Assembly: GCA_964016885.1 (NCBI GenBank) | Contig: OZ024750.1 | Span: 21,514,001-21,578,000 of the forward strand | Direction: 5' to 3' | DNA: 64,000 bases | Origin: Eledone cirrhosa | Lineage: Eukaryota | Shown: positions 1-14,529 of the stretch, one piece after another | Position numbering within the stretch: the first letter of the stretch is position 1 | How the letters are laid out: every line of letters begins with the position of its first letter | Notes under the pieces: model-generated | Seen by the model: only the letters and a program-made list of their open reading frames with translations | Database searches by the model: none | Told to the model about the DNA's origin: nothing | Made by a program: the position numbers and the translations under genes

Positions 1-181
1 TAGAATGTTGTTTCGGCAAACATCACTTTCAGATCAAAACACTCATGTACACGTAATACAGACGATGTTCACAAGATTCTTGTATACAATCGCACATCAT
101 TGAAAACATTATGCCGCATGAGATAAACTCTCCTACAATTGATGCCCCTAATATCAACAATAGGCATATCGACATGAAAAC

Positions 182-223
<42 letters not shown>

Positions 224-357
224 AGGAGGTGAGTTTTATTGTAGTACAATAAAGCAATGCAGATATCGGATAAGAAGCACTCTACAGACTGGAGTATACA
301 TAATATATAAGATCAAAAGATGGTTAAAGGAGTTCCATGTATTTTATTATGCGCATA

Positions 358-420
358 TTATCTGATGAAAACACAAATATTATTGCATGATGATGTTTGT
401 TTTTGAAATGCGCATAATAA
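358..420 (+). ncRNA. Type I hammerhead ribozyme
   Basis: ttat-CTGATGA-stem II (acaaatatta/tgatgtttgt)-GAAA-tgcgca (palindrome)-TA-ataa; stem I ttat/ataa. Confidence 0.75.
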
Positions 421-453
421 AATACATGGAACTCCTTTAACCATCTTTTTTTT

Positions 454-513
<60 letters not shown>

Positions 514-1328
514 GGGGGGGGTTATACATCCGTACGAAGCTAAGAAGATATATGTGTGTATATGTAAGTAAAAGAGTGTGTGTATGCTTGTAAGTATGAG
601 CAAAGTATGTTAACGGCTGTGTATGTGTGTATACAGAGCTGAGAAGGAAAAAGTGGAGTGTGCATATTTTGTTGGTCTGCATTAGTTGTAAGAGTATATG
701 TTTCTGACCATAAGTGAGCCATAGGAATCTAAAGTTGAATGAACAAGCACATGTGTGATAAAGGACAGGGTATTAAATAAATTGGGGCGGTGAGTTGAGT
801 CAATGAAGGAAACAGGACCCGATGCTGTAATTCACACTCTCTTCAGTTCTGGTGCACGAAGCCTGTGATCCATGATGTAAAAGGACACCCATGACTGAGA
901 CGTGTAGGGAAGAGTGACCAGGAGAACGGAAATCACAGGCGACAGTAGTATCCAAAAATAGTCCCTCAAATGTTCAGCAAAACTGTCCGCCATAGGGTGT
1001 CACGTTTGTCCTATGTATAAGGACCCGCAAAGGGAACACCGCAGGGCAGAGACAATGTAGGTGGAACTGCAGGTGAAGGAGTGGCGGATACGAAATGACC
1101 CGTTAGGGGCTGAGAGAGTGATGAGGGTGGAAATGAAAGGACAAGTGTTGCAGTGGGGACGAGAACAAAGAGGAGAACCGGGTGGAGTAGTAAGAGAGGA
1201 CGAGAAGGAACTACGTACCAGGAGGTCGCGGACGTTACGGGCCTACATATATATATTATACCCGTAGAGTGCTTCCAATCTACTGTAAAACTCATTATTT
1301 GATATACTCATTGAATCTTGTTTAACTC

Positions 1329-1389
<61 letters not shown>

Positions 1390-1670
1390 TAAAAAGGAAA
1401 AGAAAATGCTGACAAATCTTTCGCAGTGAAAAATAGTTTAATTAGGAATAAGTATAAATTAGTAATAAGTATTAGTTAGTATTCAGTTTTAGTTTTAAGT
1501 TTTTACCGGTTGCGCATTTCTTATGCTTTTCAAAAATAATTTTGAGATAGAGTGTTCGTGATTTTTGCTCTAATCAGATTAGACCACAATGTTACTAAGA
1601 CAAAACCTATATATTTGCTAGCATTGATATGCATCTGTATGTATATATATGTTACTAGATATTAATTCTT

Positions 1671-1707
<37 letters not shown>

Positions 1708-2258
1708 AAATATATATAAATATATATATATGTGTAATTTTGATAAACGCAAAACAGCGACAAACGATGCATTGTTGATTACCTCCCCCGGCTTTTACTG
1801 AGATTTCGTATGTGACGTTTGTCTCAACCTTAAAAATTCATAAAGAAAGGCCTTCAAATGTTAGTCTTAAATATCCAGTATAATATTCAATATACAATAC
1901 GTACATTTATACGTATATCGCTATGCTTGACACCAATATATATATATATATATATAATATATATAGATAATTTAATATATCTACTAACATAAGCGCACAG
2001 ATGTACACTAATGCCAGCAAATACACAGATTATGTCATAGTACCTAGGTGGTTCAATGCAGGAGAATGCAGAACAATAATATAAAAGACGAAAAATAAGA
2101 AAATTTTTTTTTTTTAATTTTTTTAAAAATTAACTTACTTACTTAAATTTAAGTAAGTTAATTTTAAAAAAAAATTTTTTTTTTAATTTTCTTATTTTAC
2201 GTCTTTTATATATAATATATATATATATATTATATATATATATATATATAATATATAT

Positions 2259-2321
<63 letters not shown>

Positions 2322-2322
2322 T

Positions 2323-2432
<110 letters not shown>

Positions 2433-2433
2433 A

Positions 2434-2514
<81 letters not shown>

Positions 2515-2773
2515 TGTCCAGCATAACGATATACGTATAAATGTACGTATTGTATATTGAATATTATACTGGATATTTAAGACTAACATTTGAAGGCTTT
2601 TCTCTGTGAATTTTTAAGGTTGAGACAAACGTCACATACGAAATCTCAGTAAAAGCCGGGGGAGGTAATCAACAATGCATCGTTTGTCGCTGTTTTGCGT
2701 TTATCAAAATTACACATATATATATTTATATATATTTACACACACACATATATATATATACACACACATTGAT

Positions 2774-2829
<56 letters not shown>

Positions 2830-3048
2830 CGTGAAGGCGTGTGGCTGAGTGGTTAGAGAATTGGATTCGCAATCGTAAAGTTGTGAGTTCGATTCCTGGA
2901 CCAGGCGATGCGCTATGTCCTTGAGCAAGACACTTTATTTCACGTTGCTCCTTCTACCTGGAGTTGCGACCGATAGATAGTATTAGCAAGTGGAAAGACC
3001 AACGGAAACATTGTTCCCTTGGTCCGATTTGACGAAAGTCGATCGTTA

Positions 3049-3101
<53 letters not shown>

Positions 3102-4740
3102 GAAGCATTCGGGACCCTGGCGTCTGAGCTTCTGCTGCTTCAACAGCTAGATCCGAATTGAATATAAATATCTTATATATATATATATATCAAGGGCGGT
3201 GCCCCAGCATGGCCTCAGCCGGATGGCTGGAACAGGTAAAAGAGTAAAAGAGAATATATATATATATATATGCCTGTATGTGTATATTATATATATATAT
3301 ATATATAACGGAAGAAATGTGGTAAGGAACCAGGTGGACCATAACGCACCAAACTACTCAATACTTAGGGTAGTAGAGTGGGTAATAGGAACGAGTAGGA
3401 CCCCAAGTGGGTCCTACTCGTTCCTATATATATGTATATATATATTTATATATGTATATGTATATTATATACATATATATACTCACAATACCTTCAAATA
3501 TTATTCCTCGTAATACAAAATCGTTTCTCTATTGGTGGTATTGTAAGTATACATGGGTCTTGTAAACGTTGTTTCCATTATACATACAAAGATGTTTGGC
3601 AGTATCAGCGTTGTTTGGTAACTTGAGCGCCAGCTGTAATTTAGACAGATCGCCAAGTCGAAAATTATTTTAAAATTTGATTTGTGGACGTGGATACATG
3701 TCTGAAAAGTTTAAAACTTAGTAATTACTATAGAGAGAATCAGAGTTGAATAATTTAATAACAACTAGACTTGCGACTATTCTTTCAGAATTTATTCCAC
3801 TTTACTAGAATGATAGCTACTCAGAATTATATCATAGTTTATATGACAGCTAATACAAGTATTTCGTAGTTCTGCTTGTCTAGTAAGTGGCATGATCTGA
3901 GACCGTGTGTTCAAATTAAAGCAATTACAGTGTGGAAGAACAATTTTAGACATTCAGAACACACAAAATTAGTTAACTTCATTTTACATCGATCGTTTAT
4001 TTCTTTATGGAAGTGTGTGCGTGACCAGGTCACAGAATGTCCTATGAAAAATGTCTTATAAAAAGAATGACGATAAATGTAATGTGTAGTTTAAAGTTTA
4101 TGTGTGTTTGCGAATAGCTATAATGGATATTCTTCGGTGTAACTGATAACACGTGCACCATGTACGTTTTGTCACATTTGCGTTGCAAAATAAATTTTCA
4201 TGTGTGATAGAATCACAATTCCGTTGTGGATCTATGCTTTCGGCCTTTAGCTACTGCAAGGCCAATCGCTTCTTCGTCCATTCGAAGAAAGAGATCATGA
4301 ACCATGGCTTGGTCGCCGCAGGATTCACCTCGCTGTTTGCGTCAGTGGAGTTGGAGTGAAAGGAAAAATGAAGACCAGCTTCACCGTGCTAAAACCTTCA
4401 CCTGGAACGCAATATGCAGCGAGAGTTTATCCAACGACACCCTAGTGGATGTAGCAAAATATAGCAGTGCATTGGCCTGAAAGATAAATTGATAAAAACT
4501 TGCTATTTAGAATGATCATCCTTTTATGTCTTACTGGTTTCAGGCATTAAACTGCTGCCATCCTAGGGTGCCAATTTAAAAGAATTTAATCAATTATATT
4601 TTTTGTTTTAGGTTAGGCACTTAATTTACCATCACTTTTTGTCGAACGGCCAAGTTAGGCAATATAAACACAGAAGCACACACACAAACTCCTAAATAGT
4701 TGCATACATACTTTCATACCTTGATATATATATATACATA

Positions 4741-4817
<77 letters not shown>

Positions 4818-4858
4818 AAAGAGACGTTTATATTTGTGTCAACTTTTTATTACATAAT

Positions 4859-4929
4859 TCTATTATACGTATTTCACAGATCTCAGGGTTGTTACATAAT
4901 AACCCTCTGACATGTTCTCATCAGGTAGA
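4859..4929 (-). ncRNA. Type I hammerhead ribozyme
   Basis: tctac-CTGATGA-long stem II (agggttatt/aacaaccct)-GAAA-tacgta-TA-ataga; one mismatch in stem I. Confidence 0.65.
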
Positions 4930-5595
4930 GTAAGATGTATTGTTTTATTTTTTTTTATATATTACTGATTTCTCGTAGTATTTACATCGTTTTCCAGTAC
5001 ATCCGTTGACGAAGGTGTCAGCGGATTATATCATCAACCAAATTTCATCAACTGAATAATATATATATATATATATATATATGAATGTATATATAGTGTA
5101 CGCTATTGTTTTAGAGTAGTGACAGTCTCACTTACTTTAAATTTTCAGCAAACAGGGGAGATAAAGCTGACAGAGCTCTGTTTCGTACTGATTGGTACTT
5201 ATTAAAACCAAGCACTCCGCCTGTTTGCTGAAAATCATGAATGTTTGATTCTTATAGAATTCTAGTAATAATCAGGAACTGATTATACAGAACGGTTGCC
5301 GGTCAAGCAGAAATTGAAAATTAGAATTTGTGCTCTCAAATAGTGATATATATATATATGAATGTATATATAGTGTATTTAGCAATACACCGTATGCTTA
5401 ATTAAAAACATTTCGAAGACCTTACGCTATTGTTTTAGAGTAGTGACAATCTCATATACTTTAAATTTTCAGCAGCAATTCTAATTTTCAATTTCTGCTT
5501 GACCGGCAACCGCTCTGTATAATCAGTTCCTGGTTATTACTAGAATTCTATAAGAATCAAACATTCATGATTTTCAGCAAACAAGTAGTGTACTT

Positions 5596-5640
5596 GGCTT
5601 TGATAAGTACCAATCACTCCGAAACAGAGCTCTGTCAGCT
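5596..5640 (+). ncRNA. Minimal type I hammerhead ribozyme, U3-A8 core variant
   Basis: ggct-TTGATAA-gtac-caatca-[gtac in the inverted copy at ~5165-5210]-GAAA-cagagctctg-TC-agct. Confidence 0.7.
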
Positions 5641-6528
5641 TTATCTCCCCTGTTTGCTGAAGATTTAAAGTAAGTGAGACTGTCACTACTCTAAAACAAT
5701 AGCGTAAGGTCTTCGAAATGCTTTTAATTAAGCATACAGTGTATTGCTAAATACACTATATATACATTCATATATATATCGCTATTTCAGAGCACCAATT
5801 CTAATTTTATATATATATATATATATATGCGCAAGTGTGTGTGTTTGTGTGAACGGCTGTACAATGCGTCTCAACACATTGGACAGCACAAAGCTATAGG
5901 CGAAAATGTTGCCCAATGAGAGAGAGCTTGACTCCAGGCAGTTGCCTACATAAAACTCAACCATAATTTAGATGACAATGCATATAAAAGTATGATATAT
6001 GTTTAGTAGCACATGTCTAGGAAAATAATGTTTCATGCGAGATAAGACAGTAATAGTACAATTAGACTAAAGTTTAGAACAATATGTGGTTTCTCTTCAA
6101 GTTTTTATCAAGGCGAGTTTGTAGAAATGTAAAAAATAATCAATATATTCTAGTCTGATTACATTAAATTCAAACAGTGGTAGTGTGTGTGGGAAATGTG
6201 TTTCTAATGATGATGAAAGAGCATGTATGCAACTTCTGAGATTTTGAGTGAAATCTTATTTTTCTTTTAGTCAGTTTAATACATTTAAAAGTTCATAGCT
6301 TACACAGTCTTTATTAGTTCCATTCAGGATAAAAACAGCGGAAGAAGAAATCATTGGTGTTTCATGAACATATGAAATATAAGCTAATACGATGTATATA
6401 TATATATATATAAATATGTGTGTGTGTCTGTGTCTGTGTATGTGTGTGTCTGTGTCTGTGTCTGAGTATGAGTCCACATATGCATGCATAGATATATGTG
6501 GGTATATATATATATGTGTATCTATCTA

Positions 6529-6574
<46 letters not shown>

Positions 6575-6617
6575 CCTGGGCCAATACTGGCCAAAACATT
6601 TCAAAGTTATTCAAAGT

Positions 6618-6648
<31 letters not shown>

Positions 6649-6708
6649 GTGTGTGAGTACACATACACGCACATACGCATTTATGCCTATATATATATAT
6701 ATATTATA

Positions 6709-6882
6709 GGTGGATTGGCAGTATCGGTAGAGGGTCAGACGCCATGCTTTACAGCATAGTTACGTCCCTTTACGTACTGAGTTAAGGTTAACTTTGCCTT
6801 TCATCCTTACAGGGTCGATAAAATAAAGTACCAGTAATGTACTGGGTAATTGCTGGCCTTGTGCCAAAAGTAGAAACAATTA
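6709..6882 (+). mobile_element. Octopod tRNA-derived SINE (OK/OR-like family)
   Basis: ggtggattggcagtatcggtag head, ctttgcctttcatcc...gtcgataaaataaagtaccag body, gtagaaacaatta tail. Confidence 0.8.
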
Positions 6883-6952
6883 TTATATTACATTCGAAGT
6901 AAAGGATGTCATGAATGATACAAAATCAAACATATGTCTCTACATATATACA

Positions 6953-7004
<52 letters not shown>

Positions 7005-7010
7005 GAGAGA

Positions 7011-7059
<49 letters not shown>

Positions 7060-7289
7060 CTGAGTTATGTATGGGAAGGGATATAACATATCAATCACGG
7101 TAATAAGGTTTTCTACGCATGAAACATTGGGTTGCATATAGTGCCAATAAAACATTGGTTGGAAATGTTCATTTGCATAAAGTGCGAGTTTGACTGGTCA
7201 TAAGTAATTAACAGTAGCACTAGCATAGCATCGTTCATTATTGACGTGTATACGTTTTAGCTAGACACACATCCAATACAGTATTCCTT

Positions 7290-7620
7290 TTTAGGGGACT
7301 GTGGGGTGAGAGACCACTAGTCTTCATTAAGTCATCTCTCTAGGAGAAGGTCACTCTGATATAAAACCTGCGGCTTCGTTTCCATCCTAATCATGTAGAC
7401 CAGTTGTGCGCTTTGGATAAATGCATTCGATGTTCAGAGAGTGGGATTAGCTCCGTGCAATGCCTTTCCTCACTTCAAAAAGCTTCAAGCACAGGCATCG
7501 CTTGATATGTGACATTTTATGCGATGCATGATATTGCTGGCTGTGAGCAAGTCCCTAGCATGCTTCTCATGCTTAAATATCAAATTATAGCATTACTCGA
7601 AATCGAGTTGCTGCCATCAT
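7290..7620 (+). mobile_element. Diverged relative of the bipartite RTE-derived element
   Basis: ctaggagaaggtcactctgatataaaacctgc, gagagtggga...aaaagcttcaagcacaggcat, and the end ctcgaaatcgagttgctgccatca. A further fragment lies at ~35346-35427. Confidence 0.6.
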
Positions 7621-8697
7621 ATATATAAACATGTGTGTGTGTGTGAGAGATGGCGGGGTGGGGGAGAGAACAGTAAAAACATCACATCGTTTAGTATGTT
7701 ACTTTTAATTAACAATTTTTTCAGTTTTATTACATGCTCGAATGTCTATGTGGATATGTACTGAAAAACGTAGTCGAACAATGATGAACTAGCGATGTTA
7801 AACTTAACGTATATTGCGTTCATTGAGTATAAACTTGCTCACTCGGTGTCAATTGCTGCCGTTTTAAATTATGGTTAGTCTCCGTATAAAGTAATGAGGC
7901 AACATAAAAGACCAGCCATTTGTCAGCTTAGCATGTTGTATCGTTGGCAAAGAGTTGAATCCGACCACAAATCGTGCACTAGTATTTATGCTGCCGTTTA
8001 CTGAAACATTCACTTCAATTTAATTGCTGACTGCCTTTTTGAAGTGCAATCTTACTTTATCACATTAATGTACACGGACAAGTTCACTTGATGTATTTGT
8101 TAAAAATATCCCATCGTGAAACATGTTCTACTTTGATAAGAGTATTTTTTGTTGGCTGGCTGGATAGCGGTCGGCTGGCGGGTAAAGATAGCCATGACTA
8201 TAGCTCGTCTGTTTGAAGTCTAGTTCGTAATTGTTTTTACTTATCTGGCTGCCATGTTCATTCATGATGAAATAAGTACTTGATTCCAAGCAGCAGACTA
8301 TGAGATTCCTATTTAAAACTGGCCTTGTACCCAATCAAGCAAAATCACTGTGTATTTAAAGTTTGGCATGAACTTATCCGAAATAACAAAACATTGAAAA
8401 TACTGTATATTTGTAATCCTTATGTATGTGTTCTTCTGTGTTTTGTTTTGTTATTTATATCTGCATTTTTGATTTCTGATTTGCAAAAATGAAAATCTTT
8501 GATCGAATCATGTTGTATTTCCCCTTCCAAAACTATATCATATCATGTATCTTTATAAATGTAAAAATTGGTATCATAATATGTATTAAGATGGGTCCCA
8601 CTTCTGCCACCCTCTTCGTTGCCTGTGTTTTGGTTAGCGCATCCAGCTTAGACTTCAATACTATGATGGTTGTAGCGTTAGCATTTTCTGGCAATAC

Positions 8698-8976
8698 GTG
8701 GAGGCACATGGCTTAGTGGTAAAGGTGTTGGACTTACGATCATAATGTCGTGGGTTCGATTCTTGGGTTGCGTGTTGTGTTCTTGAGCAAAACACTTCAT
8801 TTCACGTTGATCCAGTATACTCAGCTGACAATGAGTACCAGCAATAGCTGGGGGTTTGGCCTTGCGATGGACTGGCGTCCTGTCCAGCGGGGGAGTGTTG
8901 TACTCTCAGTCGCTTCACGTCATGAAACTGGGATAAGCACCGGCTAAATGAGCCTTCTGGCTTAAGACAGACTTTA
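8698..8976 (+). mobile_element. Second tRNA-headed SINE family with a conserved central domain (V/CORE-superfamily-like)
   Basis: A-box tggcttagtgg, B-box ggttcgattc, ttcttgagcaaaacactt, and cttgcgatggactggcgtcctgtccag. Relatives lie at ~2831-2950, ~14791-14940 and ~37605-37700. Confidence 0.65.
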
Positions 8977-11424
8977 GACTTATATATGTGTGGGGGGGGG
9001 GGGCAGAGATATAGGGAGAGAGATGTGTTGTACACACGGTAGAGACAAACTCAATACATGTGTAGAGTGCAGTTGTATGTGTTAATGTATAAATGTGTAT
9101 CTAGGATTTATTATTTTTGTGATAGGAAGATTCCTTCTAAAATATATATGGTATCTGCTAATTCCACAATTGTTTTTATAATCGATCAAAACTTTGAAAA
9201 TCTATTATCTCCACGAGTAGAATTATATTTGATGTGCCAGTGTTTGTAAGATTTAAGCGTTAGATGTAACATGCTACATTGTGATCGATTGCTTATTTAC
9301 TAATTATTAGATTATTGGTCCTGATCAAATTAATACTGTTTGGTTCGATCTATCAGAAATAGTGATACATTAGTTAGTATTGATTGTTTGTTGCCATAGT
9401 AATTTTATAATGAATAATTTATATATAAAACATTTATTTTATCATTCAAATATATTTGCCCTTGTTCTAGGATAATTTCATATAAAAGCCTTGTATTGAG
9501 AAGAGTGCATGATGAATATATTTTGCTAATATCCCTACTGCCTATATATTTGTATATGATTACGTTGTATACGATGTATATTTAACCAATTATTCACATG
9601 TCGCTATTGCACATGTTCAATATAGATTACTGTAAGTGTCATAAGCACTTACCATTCTGGCAAGTATTTTCATTTTGAGTATTTCAACATGAGAGATGTT
9701 TGTATGTACTTTATCATTTGATACAAAAAAGCATTACGTTTTAGGCTGTCTCACATTGCTGCAGATTTAAGAAGATGCATTTAAGTAAATGGAATAGTCT
9801 CAAGTAGTAGATTGTGTTAAGAGAATAATAATGATTGAACGAAGGAAGGTCGTACGTCTCTTGTTACATCGGAGGAACGGAAGCTTTTATAAAATGGCAG
9901 GGTATTTAAATTATTTATTCGAAAGGGAGGTGCAGTGTTCCCGGTCTGTCTTGTGGCCTCTGTGAATGAAATGGAGAATTAGGAAGGGCGTTACCTCGAG
10001 GAATCCTAGCCAAAGGCACTCAATATCTTGGTTTTCTTGGTATACCGTGCGATAGATTATGAGAGCTCAAAACACGTCTCATTGTGAAAGTCCAAATGTT
10101 AATAAATATATCGTTGTAAATTAGGACTCCCTACAACATATGAATGTTACTGCAACTCAGATCAAGATGTTATGTTTATGAATGTGCATCACAATGCATG
10201 TCTGTAATCAATGGGAATGTGGATTGAAGTGTTTTCTGGCCTTAAAAGGATACCTAGGCATTATAACGCATTATTCTTTATACTAATGACGTTCAACCAT
10301 CATGAAATATAATCAGAGTTCATAAAACCTGGCATTTGAAGAAATCGTTGTGCTTTTCGCTGTGTTTTCTTCGTGATCTGGGAAGAGGTAGTATTGTAAG
10401 CATACCAATGTTGATATATACATTTGTGTGTGTGTGAGAGAGGGGGGGAGTAAACACGATGAGGCCGGCTGCGAAATTACTTGAAATATTTCAACTAATA
10501 CAAATGAACGGGAAGGAACTTAGTTAGTTTTCAACTAAATACACAAAAATGTTAATATGTTTCTTAGAACGGAACTATATGCTTATATTTATGTAGCATT
10601 TTAAATTATATATACGTATATGAAAAGCTGTTCCTTAAGGGTATTTATGTTTTAATTGTTATTGCATGAAGTGAAAAGCTGAATTAGTTGGCTAATATGT
10701 AAATATTATGTCGATGAATTAAAATTATAGTATTTAATGCATGCAATTAAAAACTAAAATGGTTGGCTGAAATGGTTTACGCGTGAAACTAACTAGGTTC
10801 ATTTCGTATGGAAAATAAAAATCGTTAAGAATAACATTTACACTAACAAAATAAATATATATATTTATGAAAATGGCGAACTTCAGAATACTTATTTGCT
10901 TGACAATTATTTCATTAGCGATATTAAAACAGATTTTCTTTTCGTGTATTTCTAAAGATTTTTAGACAATAATTGTAATCGCTAATTTAACGGGAAATTA
11001 GTCAATATTTTGAAATTATTAGTTCATATCAAATAAAATAAGTATTTGTTGAATTCGATTGTTGTTTACATAACTTGCTATTGATTTCTAGAGAAATAGA
11101 AGATACAGTGTGTGGGGTGTGAAGAAATGATAATAGGAACATTTTTTTAAAAGAAAATATAATCATTAAAGAAAGAGATAAAATTGATTTTTTTTTTCTG
11201 TTAACAGAGTATCATGCATAACACATAAATAATTATCCCACGTAATTGGATTTTTGTTTGGTGAATATTGTCGTGTAGGGGGTAATATCCTTTTGAGCTG
11301 AAATTGCAATTCGGTTTCGATTTCCTATTGTAACACGTTCTCTTTATCCATGCCGCTAATACATTTGAGAAATCAATAGGAATAATACCTGCCTCACCTC
11401 ATCTATTTTATTTTAATTGTAATA

Positions 11425-11873
11425 GTGATTTCTACTACAGGCACAAGTTCAGTAATTTGGGGGAGGGGAAAGTCGATTAAATCGACTCCAGTACGTTACT
11501 GGTGCTTTATTTTATCGACCCCGATGAAAGGCAAAGTTAACCTCGGCAGAATTTGAACTCAGACTGTAAAGGACCGTAACTCTATGCTGCAAAGCATGGC
11601 GTCCGACTCTACCGATAGTGCCAATCCACCGCCCTATTTGAACTGTAATAGTAAAACAACATTGATTTCATTAAATTACAGTTTAGAAGGTGGATCGGCA
11701 GTATCGGTAGAGAGTCGGACGCCATGCTTTGACGCATAGAGTTACGGCCCTTGCCATTCTGAGTTCAAATCCCGCCGAGGTTAACTTTGCCTTTCATCTT
11801 TACGGGGTCGATAAAATAAAGTACCAGTAATGCACTGGGTAATTGCTGGCCTTGTGTCAAAAGTAGAAACAAT
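11425..11873. mobile_element. Head-to-head pair of octopod SINEs (11425-11634 minus; 11689-11873 plus)
   Basis: Same family consensus. The + copy has a B-box gagttcaaatcc and a 19-bp TSD ttaaattacagtttagaag. Confidence 0.85.
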
Positions 11874-13804
11874 TAAATTACAGTTTAGAAGAAATAGATA
11901 TTCATTCTTCACAATAAAATTGTATTTTCAGTAATACATTTGCTATACGAGTAAGCATAATACACGTCTTAGAGTCACAGACTATATACTCCATACTATC
12001 TACTATAAGAATTTCAACACATTGACTTAGAAACAATTGCCCCATCTTCCCTATGCATATATGTGTTCCAATGTATACCAGATGTATCTAGTGTCTTTAT
12101 GACTCCGTAAGCTAGATCCAATGTCTCGTATCATCGCTTACAATTATTCTCGTCTTTGAGCATCATATTATCAACATATTGATTCCTTAATTATTGTCGC
12201 ACGCTTCAATGTTCTTTCGAGAATGTCCTTTGGTAGCCATCTTTTCCAGAACACAGCCAAACATAAATTTCTGACATCTTTAGAATACCAACTTAATGAC
12301 CTGTCACAATTCTACATATTTTATCTCATCAAAACAGAAGAAACTATCGCCATCATCAAGTCATCAAGGTTTATAGTTTGGTGTTGTCTTTCGCTTACAA
12401 TTCCTCTGAGATATATATTCCCAAACAGGTGTAATAAAATAAATTGGCTTATACCATTTCCACTTAGATGAATGCCTCAAAACTAATTAATTCAAATACA
12501 TTAATTACGTAATACATTAAATACATCTTAATTCGACTCCTAAGGGATATTTCATAAATACAGTGTTTCTACTCAGCTGCAGAGTCCATAGCTACACCTA
12601 TGAGGAAAAATTAATTTGGTCTAAAACGCCAATCTATCTTTGCTATACAGGGGAGAAAGGGTTATATTTTGAATTATGTTAACTTAACATTAATTTGCCT
12701 ATTAGTGTCTTTGAACTCAGCTTCTATAGATTGGTAATTAAATGATCTATTTATAAAGCTGATGTATTTGCCTGAGTCGTTAGAGCGATGGATAGAATGT
12801 ATTCTGACATTTGTTTTGACGTTCTGCGTTCACATCTCCCCCTCAGAGTTTTCCTTTGCCTTTCAAACTTTCGATGAGTTCTTTCCTTCCAGCTGTTCCA
12901 ACAATATTCCACTGAATTACGTGAGAGCGTTTCTAGACAGTAGCAGGACTTTTGGCGAATATATGGGCACCTAAAACCATTAACTAAAGCACAATACATG
13001 CTTCTAAGTCATTTTCAATTGTGAGGAACAACCATAGTTTAATATATTTATTGAGTTATTTGAACTCTATGTGACTGAAAAGCATTTTCTTTTTTAAATT
13101 AAGAAATTCTCATTTGTACGTTATAGACGCTGTCAAAAGATTTCTCTTTCCATTATTGAATTTTCTACTCCTATTAAGATATAATACTTATAAGCAATCG
13201 ATCATATTAAGCGTTAATGTAGCAACCATTTTAAGGCTTATTTTCTATTAATTATCATTTATCATCCATTTACAAAACATTTCATCCAACTTTAATGTTG
13301 TTATATCGAATTAACATCACAATTTTCTCAAACGTTTTGCCTTCTCAAACCACTTTTATTTTATTAATTTGTAACTACTACAATGCCATCACTTGGCTTA
13401 TTGATAAAAATAGAGATTAATATCCATAAGTATTTCATCTTTCTGCGAAATTAATCCCCGCGAGCGTGTTTTCACGATCTTGAGATGTGATTGGATGGGA
13501 CAGGTTTAGTTGTTATTTAACAACCAATCACATTTGCCTACCTCTTGCTATCAAGATACCTAGATAAAATAACAGAAACTTATATAGATTAAATTGTAAA
13601 CAAAATTGTGCAAGACACGATGCATTTGCTTAATGAGAAGTAACTATCATCATGTGATAGTTTATAATATATAACAGTGAAATGTTATCTCTGAAACATA
13701 TATATATGTGTGTGTGTGTGTGTTTATGTGTGTGTGTGTGTGTGTGAATGTATGTATGTGCGTGTGTGTGTGTGAATGAGTTTATGATCGGTATGGACAT
13801 TATT

Positions 13805-14316
<512 letters not shown>

Positions 14317-14483
14317 GATACTATAATATCTAACTCTTCTCTTCCCGAACATTTAAATTAGAAATTGACTATTTTTTAGTAATTTTATTCATTAAATATA
14401 TTCTGATATCTTCAAACACAATCTTGCATCGAATCCATATTGATTAATGAAATATACATAACATAAAAATTTAATGATTATTT

Positions 14484-14529
<46 letters not shown>

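Noticed and set aside
2592-2660. HHR-like ggcttt...GAAA...TA aaagcc
   Set aside because: No CUGANGA core and stem III is unpaired.
5657-5740. Apparent second HHR (CTGAAGA...GAAA tgctt..aagca TA)
   Set aside because: The CTGAAGA is part of the stem enclosing the first HHR, and stem I and the stem II closure are poor.
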